A stretch of 64,000 nt of DNA from Thermodesulfobacteriota bacterium (lineage in GTDB: Bacteria > Desulfobacterota_D > UBA1144 > Nemesobacterales > UBA2774), in NCBI GenBank assembly GCA_963422265.1, contig OY729416.1, positions 1,696,001-1,760,000 of the forward strand, in the 5' to 3' direction. Both the position numbers and the translations under genes were made by a program. The first letter of the stretch is position 1; every line of letters starts with the position of its first letter. The notes below the pieces were generated by a model. That model saw only the letters and a list, made by a program, of their open reading frames with translations, was not told where the DNA came from and did no database searches. Shown one piece after another: positions 21,244 to 31,547 of this stretch.

Positions 21244-21272
21244 TTGACAAATGCACCATCCTTTATTAGTAT
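21244..21272 (+). promoter_or_regulatory. Sigma70-type promoter upstream of family A copy 2
   Basis: TTGACA-N17-TAGTAT, ending just before the shared leader. Confidence 0.7.
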
Positions 21273-21420
21273 GAGAGATAGGTAAGGAAGTTAATCCTTG
21301 ATAAGCGTATTTAGCAAGCATTAGTTTCAGGGTTAGTAGCGAAGGTAATAAGTTTCAGGGTTAGTAGCGAAGGTAATAAGAGGTAAAAAAACATAATTCA
21401 TTCTTAGAGGAGGTAGTAAA

Positions 21421-22467
21421 ATGGTTATTAGTAGCATCATCAGTTTTTGCAGTTCACTTCCCCGCATTACGTTGGGGATAGGGGTTATTGGCTTTTTGTT
21501 GTGTAGCTTGTTCGTTCTTACGCCACAAGCCGAAGCGGAGCTTTGTGAGATAGATTACGAGCAAAAGACGGACAACAAAGGTGCAAAGCTTACTAACATC
21601 ACTGGATCCCCGCTGATGTTAAAAGTAGTACTTTTGGATGCATCATCAGTCTTTTCGAAACTCGAAATTTTTGAGACGGGGACAACGGGGAAAGCTAAAG
21701 TTACTTCTTCTTTCTGCGGTGACAAGTTCACCGACAGTGCCTCGAGCCGGATGTTAGGTCAAGACTCTAAAGAAAATGATGGGAAAAAATATAGGGTAAT
21801 AGCGACAATAACAAAAGAAGCTCTAGAAGGAGGGAATCTAACAGCGTTTAAGACATTAGGTAGTAGTACTAGTGGTTCAATTACAAATCCTCTTGCACCA
21901 TCTGCACCATCTATAAAGGAGCTTCATCTTACTGTTGTTGATTCTGAAGGGAAGGAAGTTTCCCCACTGGGACTTAATCCCAACCTGTTTGGGTCTTTAA
22001 GTGGACTGGAAGTGCTTAGGGTAAATGCAGAAGCGTATAATCCTTCCGCCGCTGTTAGTAGTCCTATTATTATAGAAGTAACGCGCAAGGGTGGTGGAGC
22101 TCTTATTACTACAGGGAAAATGGAACCTAATGGCAACTTAATAGCAAAGATGGTTAATCCTAATGGGACGGTAGGGGTCGAGTTGAACATAGCGCGTGAC
22201 TTAAAGGCGGGAATGATTGTGAATGATGGTAGTTTCCCGCGTCCGGGAAGTCAGGGTAAGGATGGTAAGGATGGTAAGGATGGTAAGGATGGTAAGGATG
22301 GTAAGGATGGTGCATCGGGAGAACAGGGACCACGCGGACCTGAAGGAGATTCTGGATGCGCCTTAGCACCATCTGGAAGTTCTAGCTCTTCCTTTTCCCC
22401 AGTTGTTTATCTGTTAATCCCGGCGTTTATCTTAGTCGGTAGGCTGTGGAGAAGGTTACAAGCGTAA
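21421..22467 (+). CDS. Variable surface protein family A, copy 2
   Basis: First 35 aa identical to 33401-34444; (GKD)6 collagen-like run from a 9-bp repeat; tail SGCALAPSG...LLIPAFILVGRLWRR. Confidence 0.85.
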   Translation: MVISSIISFCSSLPRITLGIGVIGFLLCSLFVLTPQAEAELCEIDYEQKTDNKGAKLTNITGSPLMLKVVLLDASSVFSKLEIFETGTTGKAKVTSSFCGDKFTDSASSRMLGQDSKENDGKKYRVIATITKEALEGGNLTAFKTLGSSTSGSITNPLAPSAPSIKELHLTVVDSEGKEVSPLGLNPNLFGSLSGLEVLRVNAEAYNPSAAVSSPIIIEVTRKGGGALITTGKMEPNGNLIAKMVNPNGTVGVELNIARDLKAGMIVNDGSFPRPGSQGKDGKDGKDGKDGKDGKDGASGEQGPRGPEGDSGCALAPSGSSSSSFSPVVYLLIPAFILVGRLWRRLQA

Positions 22468-22541
22468 CAATAATTAAGCATGAGGGGAGGAGAGTTTTTT
22501 CTTTCCCTCTTTAATCCAATTGAGACGAAGGAGGATCTAAA

Positions 22542-23339
22542 ATGAGTAAGATAAGTTATTTCAGTTCATATTCCCAGGTTGTATTGAGTATAGGAGTTGT
22601 TAGCTTTTTGTTGTTTAGTTTGTTTGTTCTAGCGTCCCCAGCCAGGGCGGGGATTTGTGATGATGATGGTTCTGTAACGGTTTTTGAAGTTGAAATGGAT
22701 ACTAAGGCCAGTAGTGTCTTCGAAGAAGAAGGCAAAGAAGTGGGAGACACTAAAGAGGTATGCACCCCTTCTTCCTCTGACGGCTCACCACCAGATAAGT
22801 ATTATCGGATAAAAACGGAAGAGCCTATAAAGTCCGATACGCTTAAAGACGCTGGATCAGTAACGCACGTTGAGACAACAGAAGATTCGTTACCATTTGC
22901 TGCAGATACGTTTACGGATACACCAAATTTGAAGGAGATTAGGGTACCCGCAAAGCTTAATCCAGAAGGAGCAACAACATCTGTCGAGACAAATCAAGAT
23001 GAAGATAGTTCAACGAACAAAATCACAGTAAGTATTTATAGTGACGTTGGAACAATTGTAGATGAGAACGGTCATCTCAAAGAAATAGATAATGCAAGTT
23101 GTGACCGGGATGCTACCTACGCTTGTCTTGCTGAAGTGAATGAGGACGGTAGTAGAGGAAAAAAATTGAAGGAAAACGATTTGTCAACAGAGATTGGAGG
23201 ACGGCCATCAGAGACAGCGAAGAAAGATGGAGACGACGGCGGTTGCGCGCTAGCGTCATCTGGAAGTGCCAACTTCGCTTTCCCTCTGTTATTACTGTTT
23301 ATCCCGGCATTTATTCTTGCTAGAAGATTAGGCAAGTAA
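22542..23339 (+). CDS. Variable surface protein family A, copy 3 (diverged, no collagen stalk)
   Basis: Signal ending ARA-GICDDDG; EMDTKAS and LKEIDNASC motifs shared with copies 1 and 4; tail GGCALASSG...FIPAFILARR; AAGGAGG RBS. Confidence 0.82.
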   Translation: MSKISYFSSYSQVVLSIGVVSFLLFSLFVLASPARAGICDDDGSVTVFEVEMDTKASSVFEEEGKEVGDTKEVCTPSSSDGSPPDKYYRIKTEEPIKSDTLKDAGSVTHVETTEDSLPFAADTFTDTPNLKEIRVPAKLNPEGATTSVETNQDEDSSTNKITVSIYSDVGTIVDENGHLKEIDNASCDRDATYACLAEVNEDGSRGKKLKENDLSTEIGGRPSETAKKDGDDGGCALASSGSANFAFPLLLLFIPAFILARRLGK

Positions 23340-23360
23340 GCCTTATTCTCTCTATAACTA

Positions 23361-23401
23361 GGGCGGAAGGGATTTTATTATTCCTTCTGCCCTCCTCTTT
23401 T
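23361..23401 (+). terminator. Probable intrinsic terminator
   Basis: GGGCGGAAGGGA...TTCCTTCTGCCC hairpin followed by a pyrimidine/T tract. Confidence 0.6.
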
Positions 23402-23404
23402 CCC

Positions 23405-23650
23405 ATCCTACCCATTCCATCATTTTGTAGGGGTAGCTCTTCCCCAATCAAGCTGGAGACATGCGTGGTTGTCTTAACCCTCCTTTACGAAAGGAGGGGA
23501 ATATCTCCTTCTCCCCCTTTAGAAAAGGGGGATATAGGGGGATTTGATAGGGCATCGGGGAACGAGTCCCTTCCTTATCCGTCATTCCCAACTGTATTGG
23601 GAATCCAGAAGGAGAAAAGGGGAACGAGAGTCCCTTCCTCACATAATCCC
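23405..23650. repeat. REP mosaic
   Basis: GTAGGGGTA, CCCTCCTTT..AAAGGAGGG, CCCCCTTTAGAAAAGGGGG and GTCATTCCC modules. Confidence 0.8.
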
Positions 23651-23706
23651 CCATAACGCCTTTATCGCAGACAAAAAGACCAAAAGCAGATAAACTTTCA
23701 ACTAAC

Positions 23707-24876
23707 ATGAAGGAAGCGCGCTCTTTTCAAAATCTGCTTAAAGACAAGATTTACACTGTTTCAGAAATCACAGCCAGGATAAAGGAGACCCTAGAAAATA
23801 AAATTGGATTCGAGCAAGTGTGGGTCGCGGGAGAGATCTCAAATTTCAGGGGCAATTACTCAAGTGGACACTGGTATTTCTCGTTAAAGGACTCAGGGGC
23901 TCAGATATCAGCGGTATGCTTCAAATGGGCTAATCAGTACATAAAGTTCACGCCCGAAAACGGTATGGAAGCTATATGCTACGGTCGGCTGAGCGTTTAT
24001 GAAAAGCAGGGATCATATCAATTAAACGTCAGGCACATAGAGCCTAAAGGAGTAGGTGCTCAGGCGATTGCTCTTGAGCAGTTAAAAGAGAAACTCCAAG
24101 CAGAGGGATTATTTGACAAGGCGAGAAAGAGACCTCTTCCCTATCTTCCGCGTAAGATCGGCGTCGTAACCTCCCCTACGGGCGCGGCTATCAGAGACAT
24201 TCTAAAGGTATTAGATAGGCGATTTCCAAACTTGCGGATATTGATCTCACCCACGAGGGTTCAGGGCGGCGAAGCAGCGAAAGACATCGTAACCGCCATT
24301 AACAGGCTATATAAAATACAAGGGGTTGATTTAATCATTCTGGCGAGGGGCGGGGGTTCTAAAGAGGACCTTTGGTGCTTTAACGACGAGGCTCTTGCGC
24401 GGGAAATAGTAAAATCCCCTGTCCCTATAATCTCTGCAGTAGGGCATGAGATTGATGTTACAATAGCGGACATTGTAGCCGATGCGCGCGCCGCAACTCC
24501 TTCTATGGCGGCGGAGATAGCCGTTAAGGAAAAGGACGAGCTAATGCGAGAACTGACAGAGCTAAGAGCCAAGATGGCAGGCGCTCTTAAAAATCGGATT
24601 GAACTTCTCGCCAGGGAAATAGATCAAATCCAATCCGAGTTAGTCTCCCACGTTAAGGCAAGGATTGAAGCTGCCAACGCCGAATTGGGCAGGCTCTCGG
24701 GAAAGCTTGACGCCCTGAGCCCGCTCAAGGTGCTTGACAGGGGTTACAGCATCACCTACAAACTCCCCTCAATGAAAGTAGTTAGAGAATCCAGCCAGCT
24801 AGAAAAAGGGGATGAAGTCCTTATCAGCTTTAGCAAAGGCAGAGCGATTTGCTTGGTTAAAGAGACGGAGAATTAG
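23707..24876 (+). CDS. xseA: Exodeoxyribonuclease VII large subunit
   Basis: WVAGEISN, SGHWYFSLKD, TSPTGAAIRD, ARGGGSKEDL, SAVGHEID, LSPLKVLDRGYS. Confidence 0.96.
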   Translation: MKEARSFQNLLKDKIYTVSEITARIKETLENKIGFEQVWVAGEISNFRGNYSSGHWYFSLKDSGAQISAVCFKWANQYIKFTPENGMEAICYGRLSVYEKQGSYQLNVRHIEPKGVGAQAIALEQLKEKLQAEGLFDKARKRPLPYLPRKIGVVTSPTGAAIRDILKVLDRRFPNLRILISPTRVQGGEAAKDIVTAINRLYKIQGVDLIILARGGGSKEDLWCFNDEALAREIVKSPVPIISAVGHEIDVTIADIVADARAATPSMAAEIAVKEKDELMRELTELRAKMAGALKNRIELLAREIDQIQSELVSHVKARIEAANAELGRLSGKLDALSPLKVLDRGYSITYKLPSMKVVRESSQLEKGDEVLISFSKGRAICLVKETEN

Positions 24877-25943
24877 GAGACGAGGCTATTAAGCTCTTGC
24901 GCAACGTAGAACTCAATACCCGCGCCCCTGAAAACCTTTTGAACTTGCTCTGACGGGGGGTGATCCGTGAATACGTATTTCGCCCTGCCTCCGACGTCCT
25001 TTTTGAGTTTTTTCTTAGGCGACTGCCCATTTAAGCCCAACTGCACTCTTTCATAGATTCTTTCTATTCCTTCCCTAGTTTCAAATATGATAGACGGTTT
25101 AACTTCTAGTATATCTCTATAGAAATCCTTTCTTGACTCAGTCGTGCACGCCATACTACCCTTGTATAGAGTGAGGTAATTGATTAGAGTCGAAAACGGA
25201 CTTATGGAAGGCATGTATGAAAAAGCCTGATCTTCGGTAGTTATGGATAGAGGCGCTTGACAGATGCTGTCTAGTGCTTTAATTACATCGCCTTGCGACG
25301 CCCTTTTGATCCCGTTACGCATCGGAAAGACGAGGGCAGTCAAAGAGGCGTTCAGATTTTTCGGTATCTCCATCAACTCGTCCAGGATTTTCCTTTTTCT
25401 CATCATCCCATATTTCAGCACAGTCTGAAAATTCGTTATCCTCTCGTTTTTTACCCTCTCATTGTGAAAAAAGATTACCTTCTCTACCATAGGCAGATTA
25501 TCTAGCGAGCGGATGAATAGACCTGATGCATCCCACCCCCTGTTCTCATGGGGACGGGCAAGAGCGGGCAGGGATTCTCGCCCAACAAATACGAACTTAG
25601 CCTCTAAACGATTTGCCATCTCTACAATTTCCTCAACCATGTCTCTATCTCTGAACGGTAGGGGGCTACCGCCACCGCATAGTGGGACGATGATTCCACC
25701 TAGATGATAAACAGCTATCTCCGTTGAAATAGCCTCGAGCCTATTTGCCGATGCTATGATTACCGTATCACCTCTTGCCAGACCGAGATCCATAAGATAC
25801 GCGGCTATATTTTTGACCTGTCCATCAAAGTCTAGCCAAGTGATTTGTTTCCAACTCCAGCCATCTCTACGTTGAAACAGCAGCTTTGCGCCGTGCTCTT
25901 TCACGCGGTTCTCAATCAACCCTGGTATAGTATTTGCAGGCAT
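24873..25943 (-). CDS. Degenerate AMP-binding / acyl-CoA synthetase-like protein (N-terminal part only)
   Basis: N-terminus WKQITW...IAAYLMDLGLARGDTV...GGIIVPL resembles FadD15-type enzymes; no recognisable TSGTTGxPKG motif; 356 aa. Confidence 0.6.
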   Translation of the reverse strand: MPANTIPGLIENRVKEHGAKLLFQRRDGWSWKQITWLDFDGQVKNIAAYLMDLGLARGDTVIIASANRLEAISTEIAVYHLGGIIVPLCGGGSPLPFRDRDMVEEIVEMANRLEAKFVFVGRESLPALARPHENRGWDASGLFIRSLDNLPMVEKVIFFHNERVKNERITNFQTVLKYGMMRKRKILDELMEIPKNLNASLTALVFPMRNGIKRASQGDVIKALDSICQAPLSITTEDQAFSYMPSISPFSTLINYLTLYKGSMACTTESRKDFYRDILEVKPSIIFETREGIERIYERVQLGLNGQSPKKKLKKDVGGRAKYVFTDHPPSEQVQKVFRGAGIEFYVAQELNSLVS

Positions 25944-26019
25944 GTAGAATCCTCGGTGTTTTAGTTCAAACGCCTTATCATGCTTAGAGATAACAACTCG
26001 CAGCGTCTTGAACGTGCGC

Positions 26020-27000
26020 TGCCCTGAACGTATTGAAGGGTTGAACAGTGGCTTTACCCATCTTCATCTAAGCGGGGAAGGATAGCTACTACAAAAGGGG
26101 TTGGCAACTACAGTTCAGGACAGCGCTAGGGTCCCTCCCCTACAGGTAAACAAGAAAATCCACCCTATCCCTCCTTTACAAAAGGAGGGGAATATCTCCT
26201 TCTCCCCCTTTAGAAAAGGGGGATACAGGGGGATTTGATAGGGCATCGGGGAACGAACCCCTTCCTTATTCCCCATCTCCCTACTTAAATACACACAGGG
26301 AGATGCTTCCGCAGGAATGACGGACAGTGGTATGAATTCTCACCCCTCCCATCATTATTGTAGGGGTAACCCTTGTGGTTGCCCTTTTCTTTGCCTTTAT
26401 AAAAGGAGGGGAATATCTTCTCTAACTCCTGAACCTGTAGAAGGGCAAAGCACAACTGAGAAACCTAGTCTTTTCCCCCTCTCCCCCTGGAAGAGGGACA
26501 CAGGGTGAGGGTGTTTTCATCATTCCTGCCCCCGAGCGGGAATACAGTAAGAGGGGTGGGGAACGAAAACATTCCTCATATACTCCCCCTTTAGAAAAGG
26601 GGGATATAGGGGGATTTGATAGGGCATCGGGGAATGAACCCCTTCCTTATCCCCCATCTCCCTACTTAAATACACACAGGGAGATGCTTCCACAGGAATG
26701 ACGGACAGGGGTATGAATTCTCACCCCTCCCTTCCTTTCGTAGGGGTAACCCTTGTGGTTGCCCTTTTCTTTGCCTTTACCTCAGGGCGACTACAAGAGT
26801 CGCCCCTACAAACAAAAAGAAAATCCACCCTATCCCTCCTTTACCAAAGGAGGGGAATATCTCCTTCTCCCCCTTTAGAAAAGGGGGATATAGGGGGATT
26901 TGATAGGAGTCGGAGAACGAAGATTCTTCCTTTCCTTGTGTCTCCCTTCCCTACTAGATTCCTGCTTCCGCAGGAATGACGAGGAGGGGGTATTCCCGTG
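26020..27000. repeat. REP mosaic with internal duplication
   Basis: ~26200-26395 matches ~26582-26778; same modules as elsewhere. Confidence 0.88.
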
Positions 27001-27075
27001 TGGGTTAGGAGGACGGCGTCTGATAACGTAAATTGTAGTTAAGACAATTTATTAAGGTTATAATTCCCTACTAGG

Positions 27076-28368
27076 ATGTCGGTTGAAATAATTAAAGGAG
27101 GCTCTAGGCGACTCAGGGGTGAGGTGACACCTCCGGGGGACAAGTCTATATCGCACAGGTCTATTATCTTGAGCTCTCTTGCGCTGGGAAAATCAAGGGT
27201 AAGTGGATTTCTGAACTCTGACGATGCGACTTCTACCGCCAATGCGATGAGGGCGCTTGGAATCCGAGTAGAGACTAAAGGAGGGGGCGAAATCCAGATA
27301 GAGGGCAAGGGGCTTTACGGGTTGAGAGCGTCCAAGGGGGTTATAGATGCTGGCAACTCCGGAACTACTGCCAGATTGTTGATAGGATTACTAAGCGCTC
27401 AGCCCTTTGACTCTCGTATCACGGGGGATAAATATCTAAGGGCAAGACCTATGAGAAGGGTGGTAAATCCCCTGAGGCTTATGGGGGCTAGGATTGATGG
27501 AGTGGAAGATGGAGGCAGGCTTCCCCTTGCCATACGCGGGAGTAGGCTAACGGGAATATCATATCAATCGCCCGTAGCCAGCGCTCAAGTGAAATCGGGG
27601 CTTCTTTTAGCCGGGCTTTACGCTGATGGGAGGACTGAGGTGATAGAGCCTAATCCAACTAGAGACCACACAGAGAGAATGCTCTCTTATTTCGGGGTTA
27701 AACTTGTCGTGAATGACAACGTCATTGCTATAGAGAAGCCCGATGAATTTATGGGGACGAATATCTCGGTTCCGGGTGATATTTCTTCTGCGGCTTTTTT
27801 TATAGTCGCTGCATTGATAAACCCAAACTCAGAGATACTAATCAAAAACGTGGGCATAAACCCCCTTAGAACAGGGGTTTTGGAGATTCTAACGAAAATG
27901 GGTGGTAACATAGAGATTTTAGATAAACGGGAAGTAAGTGGGGAGCCAGTGGCGGACGTGCTTGTTAGGTCAAGCGATTTGCGCTCAACGGAAATAGGGG
28001 GCGACCTGATTCCCAAGGCGATTGATGAGCTTCCCGTGATATCAGTAGCGGCGTGTTTTGCAGAGGGGCGGACTATAATTAAAGACGCCGGCGAGCTAAG
28101 GGTTAAGGAGACTGATAGGATCAGGGCTATGACCTCTGAGCTTAATAAGCTAGGCGCGCACGTAGAGGAATTGAAGGATGGGATGTCAATTGAGGGAAAT
28201 GAATCGCTGAGGGGGGCAAGGTGCTCGAGCTGGGGCGATCACAGAATAGCTATGGCTATAGCGGTAGCCGGGACGAGAGCCCGAGGGGAGACTGAAATTG
28301 AGAACGCCGTCGCCGTCGCTATATCCTATCCAGGCTTTTTCGCGACGCTAAGCGGGTTGAGCGCGTGA
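27076..28368 (+). CDS. aroA: 3-phosphoshikimate 1-carboxyvinyltransferase
   Basis: PGDKSISHR, DAGNSGTTARL, SAQVKS, RDHTERML, RVKETDRI, DHRIAM. Confidence 0.97.
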   Translation: MSVEIIKGGSRRLRGEVTPPGDKSISHRSIILSSLALGKSRVSGFLNSDDATSTANAMRALGIRVETKGGGEIQIEGKGLYGLRASKGVIDAGNSGTTARLLIGLLSAQPFDSRITGDKYLRARPMRRVVNPLRLMGARIDGVEDGGRLPLAIRGSRLTGISYQSPVASAQVKSGLLLAGLYADGRTEVIEPNPTRDHTERMLSYFGVKLVVNDNVIAIEKPDEFMGTNISVPGDISSAAFFIVAALINPNSEILIKNVGINPLRTGVLEILTKMGGNIEILDKREVSGEPVADVLVRSSDLRSTEIGGDLIPKAIDELPVISVAACFAEGRTIIKDAGELRVKETDRIRAMTSELNKLGAHVEELKDGMSIEGNESLRGARCSSWGDHRIAMAIAVAGTRARGETEIENAVAVAISYPGFFATLSGLSA

Positions 28369-28378
28369 GGCGTTTCTA

Positions 28379-28750
28379 CTAAGGCGTGGAGAAAGGGGAG
28401 AAACTCGCGGTCTTCTCCCGATTTCCCTCTTTATTAACCCCCGGGTCCGCCGACTCTTTCTGAGACTGGGTCGTTTGTTTGAGCTCAGCTTCCAATTGCC
28501 GTATTCTGTTTTTTAGTGTGGATCTGTTGGAAACCGTTTGGAACACGCCCATAAGTAAAGCCAATAGCCCTCCGATAACAAACGAGCAGACAATAATAAC
28601 TATGTTCGTAGTTAAGTAGGGGCCTATAGAATAAGCCCTAAGGTCAAATCTAAGTTCAAACTTATGGGTGAATACTTCAAGATTCTGAGTGTAAAGTATG
28701 GCGAAAGAGGTTACCAGTAAAATTACTAATAGCGCTTTTACGAATCTCAT
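28379..28750 (-). CDS. LapA-family membrane protein
   Basis: Two hydrophobic helices with QN after the first and a C-terminal coiled coil; lies downstream of rpsA-sppA. Confidence 0.65.
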   Translation of the reverse strand: MRFVKALLVILLVTSFAILYTQNLEVFTHKFELRFDLRAYSIGPYLTTNIVIIVCSFVIGGLLALLMGVFQTVSNRSTLKNRIRQLEAELKQTTQSQKESADPGVNKEGNREKTASFSPFSTP

Positions 28751-28856
28751 CGCTTATCCCCCTTCAGGCGGTTTTTAATCTTTGTCAAGAGTCTAGTAAA
28801 TACCCTCTCCCCCTTATATATCCTATTAAACGCAAGCGCCCAAAGCGTTTTCACTC

Positions 28857-29726
28857 TCAGTTAATTATATCAGCTAGATAGAAGAGTCCAAAGCTGGCTT
28901 GTTTCGGAATGTCCGATAATGCTCCTAAGCCTACTTTAGATAATAGAAAATCTAGAAACTCGCGCTTTCTTTTCGGATAATAAACGGTTTCTGGCTCTCC
29001 CTGTATTCCGGCCAGATTTCCCGCCGCGCTTATAGCGTCGTTTATAGTCCCTAGCTCGTCTATTAGCTTAAGCGCCTTTGCCTGCTCACCGGTAAACACC
29101 CTTCCATCCGCGATTTGGCTTATTTGCTTTGGGTTGAGTTTTCTCTCCACCGCCACCGTGTTTTTGAACTGCTCGTAAACGTTGTTTATAAGCTCTTGAA
29201 TGTATTGCCTATCTGGATCGCTCATCTTCCTAAATGGCGTGCCAGCGTCTTTGTATTTTCCGCTTTTAATGATTTCCACGTCAACCTTAGCCCATTCCAG
29301 AAGCTTTCCGTAGTTGGCGAACTGGGCTATGACTCCGATGCTACCCGTGATAGCCCCGGGATTCGCATATATGCTTTCGGCGGCACAGGCTATGTAGTAG
29401 CCACCGGAGGCTCCTATCCCTCCAATACTCGCAACGACGGGCATCTGTGCTCTAAGGCGTTTGATTTCGCCGTATATTTCTTGAGATGGGCCAACGGCTC
29501 CTCCTGGAGAGTCGATTCTCACGACCAGGGCTTTGATGTGGGAAGCCTTTTTGATTTTCTTGAGGCTATCAAGATAGATTTGCGAATCCAGTATTACGTC
29601 TTGAACCTTGAGCACCGCGACCGTCCCGTCGCCCTTAAGCCCTTTCTTGCCCGACGTGAAGAGGATCACGCCTACCGCTATAACGCAAATGAGACCTGCG
29701 ATCATAGCTATCAGTAACAATCGCAT
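28857..29726 (-). CDS. sppA: Signal peptide peptidase SppA (36K type)
   Basis: RIDSPGG, ASGGYYIA, TGSIGVI, KSGKYKD, DGRVFTG. Confidence 0.95.
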   Translation of the reverse strand: MRLLLIAMIAGLICVIAVGVILFTSGKKGLKGDGTVAVLKVQDVILDSQIYLDSLKKIKKASHIKALVVRIDSPGGAVGPSQEIYGEIKRLRAQMPVVASIGGIGASGGYYIACAAESIYANPGAITGSIGVIAQFANYGKLLEWAKVDVEIIKSGKYKDAGTPFRKMSDPDRQYIQELINNVYEQFKNTVAVERKLNPKQISQIADGRVFTGEQAKALKLIDELGTINDAISAAGNLAGIQGEPETVYYPKRKREFLDFLLSKVGLGALSDIPKQASFGLFYLADIIN

Positions 29727-29732
29727 AACTAA

Positions 29733-31421
29733 CTATTCCGCCTTGTCATTGGTTATTGATTTTAGCCTTTCTCCAAGCACATCACCGAGTTTTAGGGTAT
29801 GCTCGTCCGTAGAAGAGACGAATTTAGATATTCTTTCTCTTTCAAGCTGCTCGTCATATTTGCTCTTGCTCAGGTTGACTTGACGCTTTCTTTTATCAAA
29901 GCCTATGAACTGCGCAGTTATCTCGTCGCCGACGTTAAAGTTTTTAGCTACATCTATCCTCTGTCCTTCCCGAGACAACTCGCTTTGGTGTATGTAGCCT
30001 TCTACTTTATTTTCGAGCTCAACTACTAAACCTCTATCTTTAACGTCCTTGATCTTTCCGGTAACTACGGTTCTTCCGGGCTTATATCTATCCTGAGCGT
30101 CTTTCCATGGATCCTTTGTGAGTTGTTTGACCCCAAGCCCCACTCTCTCTTTTTCCACTTCTATGTTTAATACGACCACTTCAATCTCATCACCTATTTT
30201 GAATAGCCCTTCGGGGTTGACCCTCTCTCCCCACGAGACATTATCGGGTCTCAACAAGCCTACGACGTCTTCGGCGACCTCGACAAATACTCCTATATCC
30301 GTTACGTTCCTGATCTTGCCCTTTACCCTTGAACCGGGCGGATTGTCTTCTTTGAAAACCTGCCATGGGCTAGGCATGATCCTTCTTAGGCTTAGAGACA
30401 TTTTTCTGCTTTCATAGTCAACGGTTAGCACTATAGCGTCCAGAACGTTTCCGATTTCAACGGCGTCCTTAGGATGACGGAGCTTTTTTGTCCAGGCGAT
30501 TTCAGAGATATGAATTAATCCTTCTATGCCGGGTTCAAGCTCGACGAAGACCCCGAAATTCATTATTGACACCGCTTTTGCCTTGACCCTGGTTCCCGTC
30601 TTGTATTTTTCCTTGGCTGATTTCCATGGGTCGGGAAGCATTTTTTTAAGACTGAGCGTGATCTTTTCCTCACCTTCTATCTTAAGAACGCTTACGTTTA
30701 TTTCATCGTCTATGGATATGACTTGGCTTGGATGTTTGATCCTCCCCCAGCAAAGCTCACTTATGGGAACGAAGCCCTCAATGCCCCCTATATCGACAAA
30801 AACGCCTTGATTGATAATGTTCACTACCTTTCCTGATATTACCTTTTCCTCTTCAATAGTGGAAAGGGTTTCCTTTTTTAGCTTATTGCGCTCCTCCTCA
30901 AGATAGACCCTGCGTGAAAGGACAATATCATCACCCACGAGCTTTATTATCCTCGCCTCCAGGATTTGCCCAACAAATCTGTCCAGATTCTTTTGCGGTC
31001 TCACGTCCAATTGTGATCCGGGAACAAAGGCTTTGATCTCTGTTTCGTTGCCAACGTCGGCGATAAGTCCACCTTTTACCTGCCTGATTACCTTAGCCTT
31101 TATCAGTTCGCCTTTCTCAAAGGCATTGCGAATTACTTCGTTTTCCCTGATCAACCGCGCCTTAGTCTTAGAGAGCCTAGGGGGTCCATCGCTTACCCAC
31201 CTGTCCAATACTACCTCAACCTCCTCTCCTACTTTTACGTCTAGCCCTCCGCTTGTATCGTAGAACTCGCTCTTGGGTACTACCCCTTCTGATTTTGATC
31301 CAAAGTCTATAAATACGTCGTCCCGATCAATCCCGACGACAACACCCTTAAATACATTTTCTCTGTCCGGAGGCTTCATGCTCTCATCTACTAACTCCGC
31401 AAAATCTCTCTCTTCTTCCAT
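29733..31421 (-). CDS. rpsA: 30S ribosomal protein S1
   Basis: Repeated S1 domains (GVFVELEPGIEGLIHISE); downstream of cmk. Confidence 0.95.
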   Translation of the reverse strand: MEEERDFAELVDESMKPPDRENVFKGVVVGIDRDDVFIDFGSKSEGVVPKSEFYDTSGGLDVKVGEEVEVVLDRWVSDGPPRLSKTKARLIRENEVIRNAFEKGELIKAKVIRQVKGGLIADVGNETEIKAFVPGSQLDVRPQKNLDRFVGQILEARIIKLVGDDIVLSRRVYLEEERNKLKKETLSTIEEEKVISGKVVNIINQGVFVDIGGIEGFVPISELCWGRIKHPSQVISIDDEINVSVLKIEGEEKITLSLKKMLPDPWKSAKEKYKTGTRVKAKAVSIMNFGVFVELEPGIEGLIHISEIAWTKKLRHPKDAVEIGNVLDAIVLTVDYESRKMSLSLRRIMPSPWQVFKEDNPPGSRVKGKIRNVTDIGVFVEVAEDVVGLLRPDNVSWGERVNPEGLFKIGDEIEVVVLNIEVEKERVGLGVKQLTKDPWKDAQDRYKPGRTVVTGKIKDVKDRGLVVELENKVEGYIHQSELSREGQRIDVAKNFNVGDEITAQFIGFDKRKRQVNLSKSKYDEQLERERISKFVSSTDEHTLKLGDVLGERLKSITNDKAE

Positions 31422-31547
31422 GTCTAAGCCTTTTTGCTAATATGGTTTTTAACGTATGCCCGACGCCACGTCCTTTGCTCCTGACGTATCAATCTGAAGT
31501 CTGAAGCATTCATTGTCCGAAACGCAATAAGATTACCCTCCTTGAGG

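Noticed and set aside
29115-29717. 200-aa ORF and other long ORFs antisense to core genes (e.g. 16372-16911, 33387-33929)
   Set aside because: They fully overlap well-supported genes on the opposite strand.
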